DNA of 64,000 nt, from NCBI GenBank assembly GCA_973895155.1, contig OZ316891.1:652043-716042 (forward strand). The letters run 5' to 3'. The notes beneath the pieces are model-generated. The model worked only from the letters and a program-made list of their open reading frames with translations. It was not told the DNA's origin and did not search any database. Each line of letters starts with the position of its first letter. Positions within the stretch are counted from its first letter, which is position 1. The position numbers and the translations under genes are program-made. Positions 63,491-64,000 of this stretch are shown here, piece after piece. This DNA is from Marsupella aquatica (Eukaryota; Plantae; Marchantiophyta).

Positions 63491-64000
63491 AAATGAAATT
63501 AAAAATCATTAATGACTCACTAACAATACTCACCTCACTATCAAAATTGCTGTTTGCTTGCATCATACAATACCTCAAAGAAGGAGGCAGTCGCCATATG
63601 CAGCAGAGCCACTCAATCCAGGACTATCCAAGCACATACTAATTCAGTGAATTTAGTACCATAGAGGTAAATTGTTTGCAAATTTCAATTGCAAAAAGTT
63701 AAATTTTGTTACTTCCATAATTCATTAATTATATCCTTAACCAGAAATTTTCTCAGTCTATTTTTTAAGGTATTTTGATTTTAATTGAGAAAATTTTCTC
63801 AGTCTAAACAAAATAACAATTCCCAACAAAGAAGTTTTGAGACCAGAACATGTGTTCAGAGGTAATTTGAACCATGCCCGCAATGAGAACACAGTTTCTT
63901 GGGCACTTTGCCTCATATAAAGTTTTGCAGGCTGTCGTGCGAGCTGTCGTGTCTAGAATTTCAATTACCTTCCATTTTCCAGAAACGGACCAGATGTTTT

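Overview
Eukaryotic, intron-rich land-plant nuclear DNA. Gene density, intron sizes and the hydrolase-fronted NB-ARC gene suggest a bryophyte such as a liverwort, but this is an inference. Housekeeping genes: a plastid-type HAD 5'-nucleotidase (runs off the left edge, has a GC-AG intron), the GDT1/UPF0016 transporter CMT1/PAM71-HL, a small plastid-targeted membrane protein, plastid ribosomal protein L15, and a UDP-galactose/GONST5-like nucleotide-sugar transporter. The middle of the window (about 19-40 kb) is a transposon nest. It is dominated by a complete 12.9-kb Mutator-like element (20926-33835, long TIRs, perfect 10-bp TSD) whose transposase is disabled by stops. The element carries two extra genes, an RNase H1 N-terminal (hybrid-binding) domain protein and a multi-exon zinc-finger-like/acidic/Pro-rich protein, plus tandem arrays, a VANDAL-like layout. 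The most striking gene (51453-58475, minus) is an apparently intact NLR-like protein of about 1700 aa: alpha/beta-hydrolase, NB-ARC, 14 near-identical 43-aa Armadillo repeats, then TPR. Its repeat variation is concentrated at a few predicted ligand-facing positions, resembling fungal allorecognition NLRs more than canonical plant LRR-NLRs. All domain calls come from motif recognition by eye; no database searches were run.
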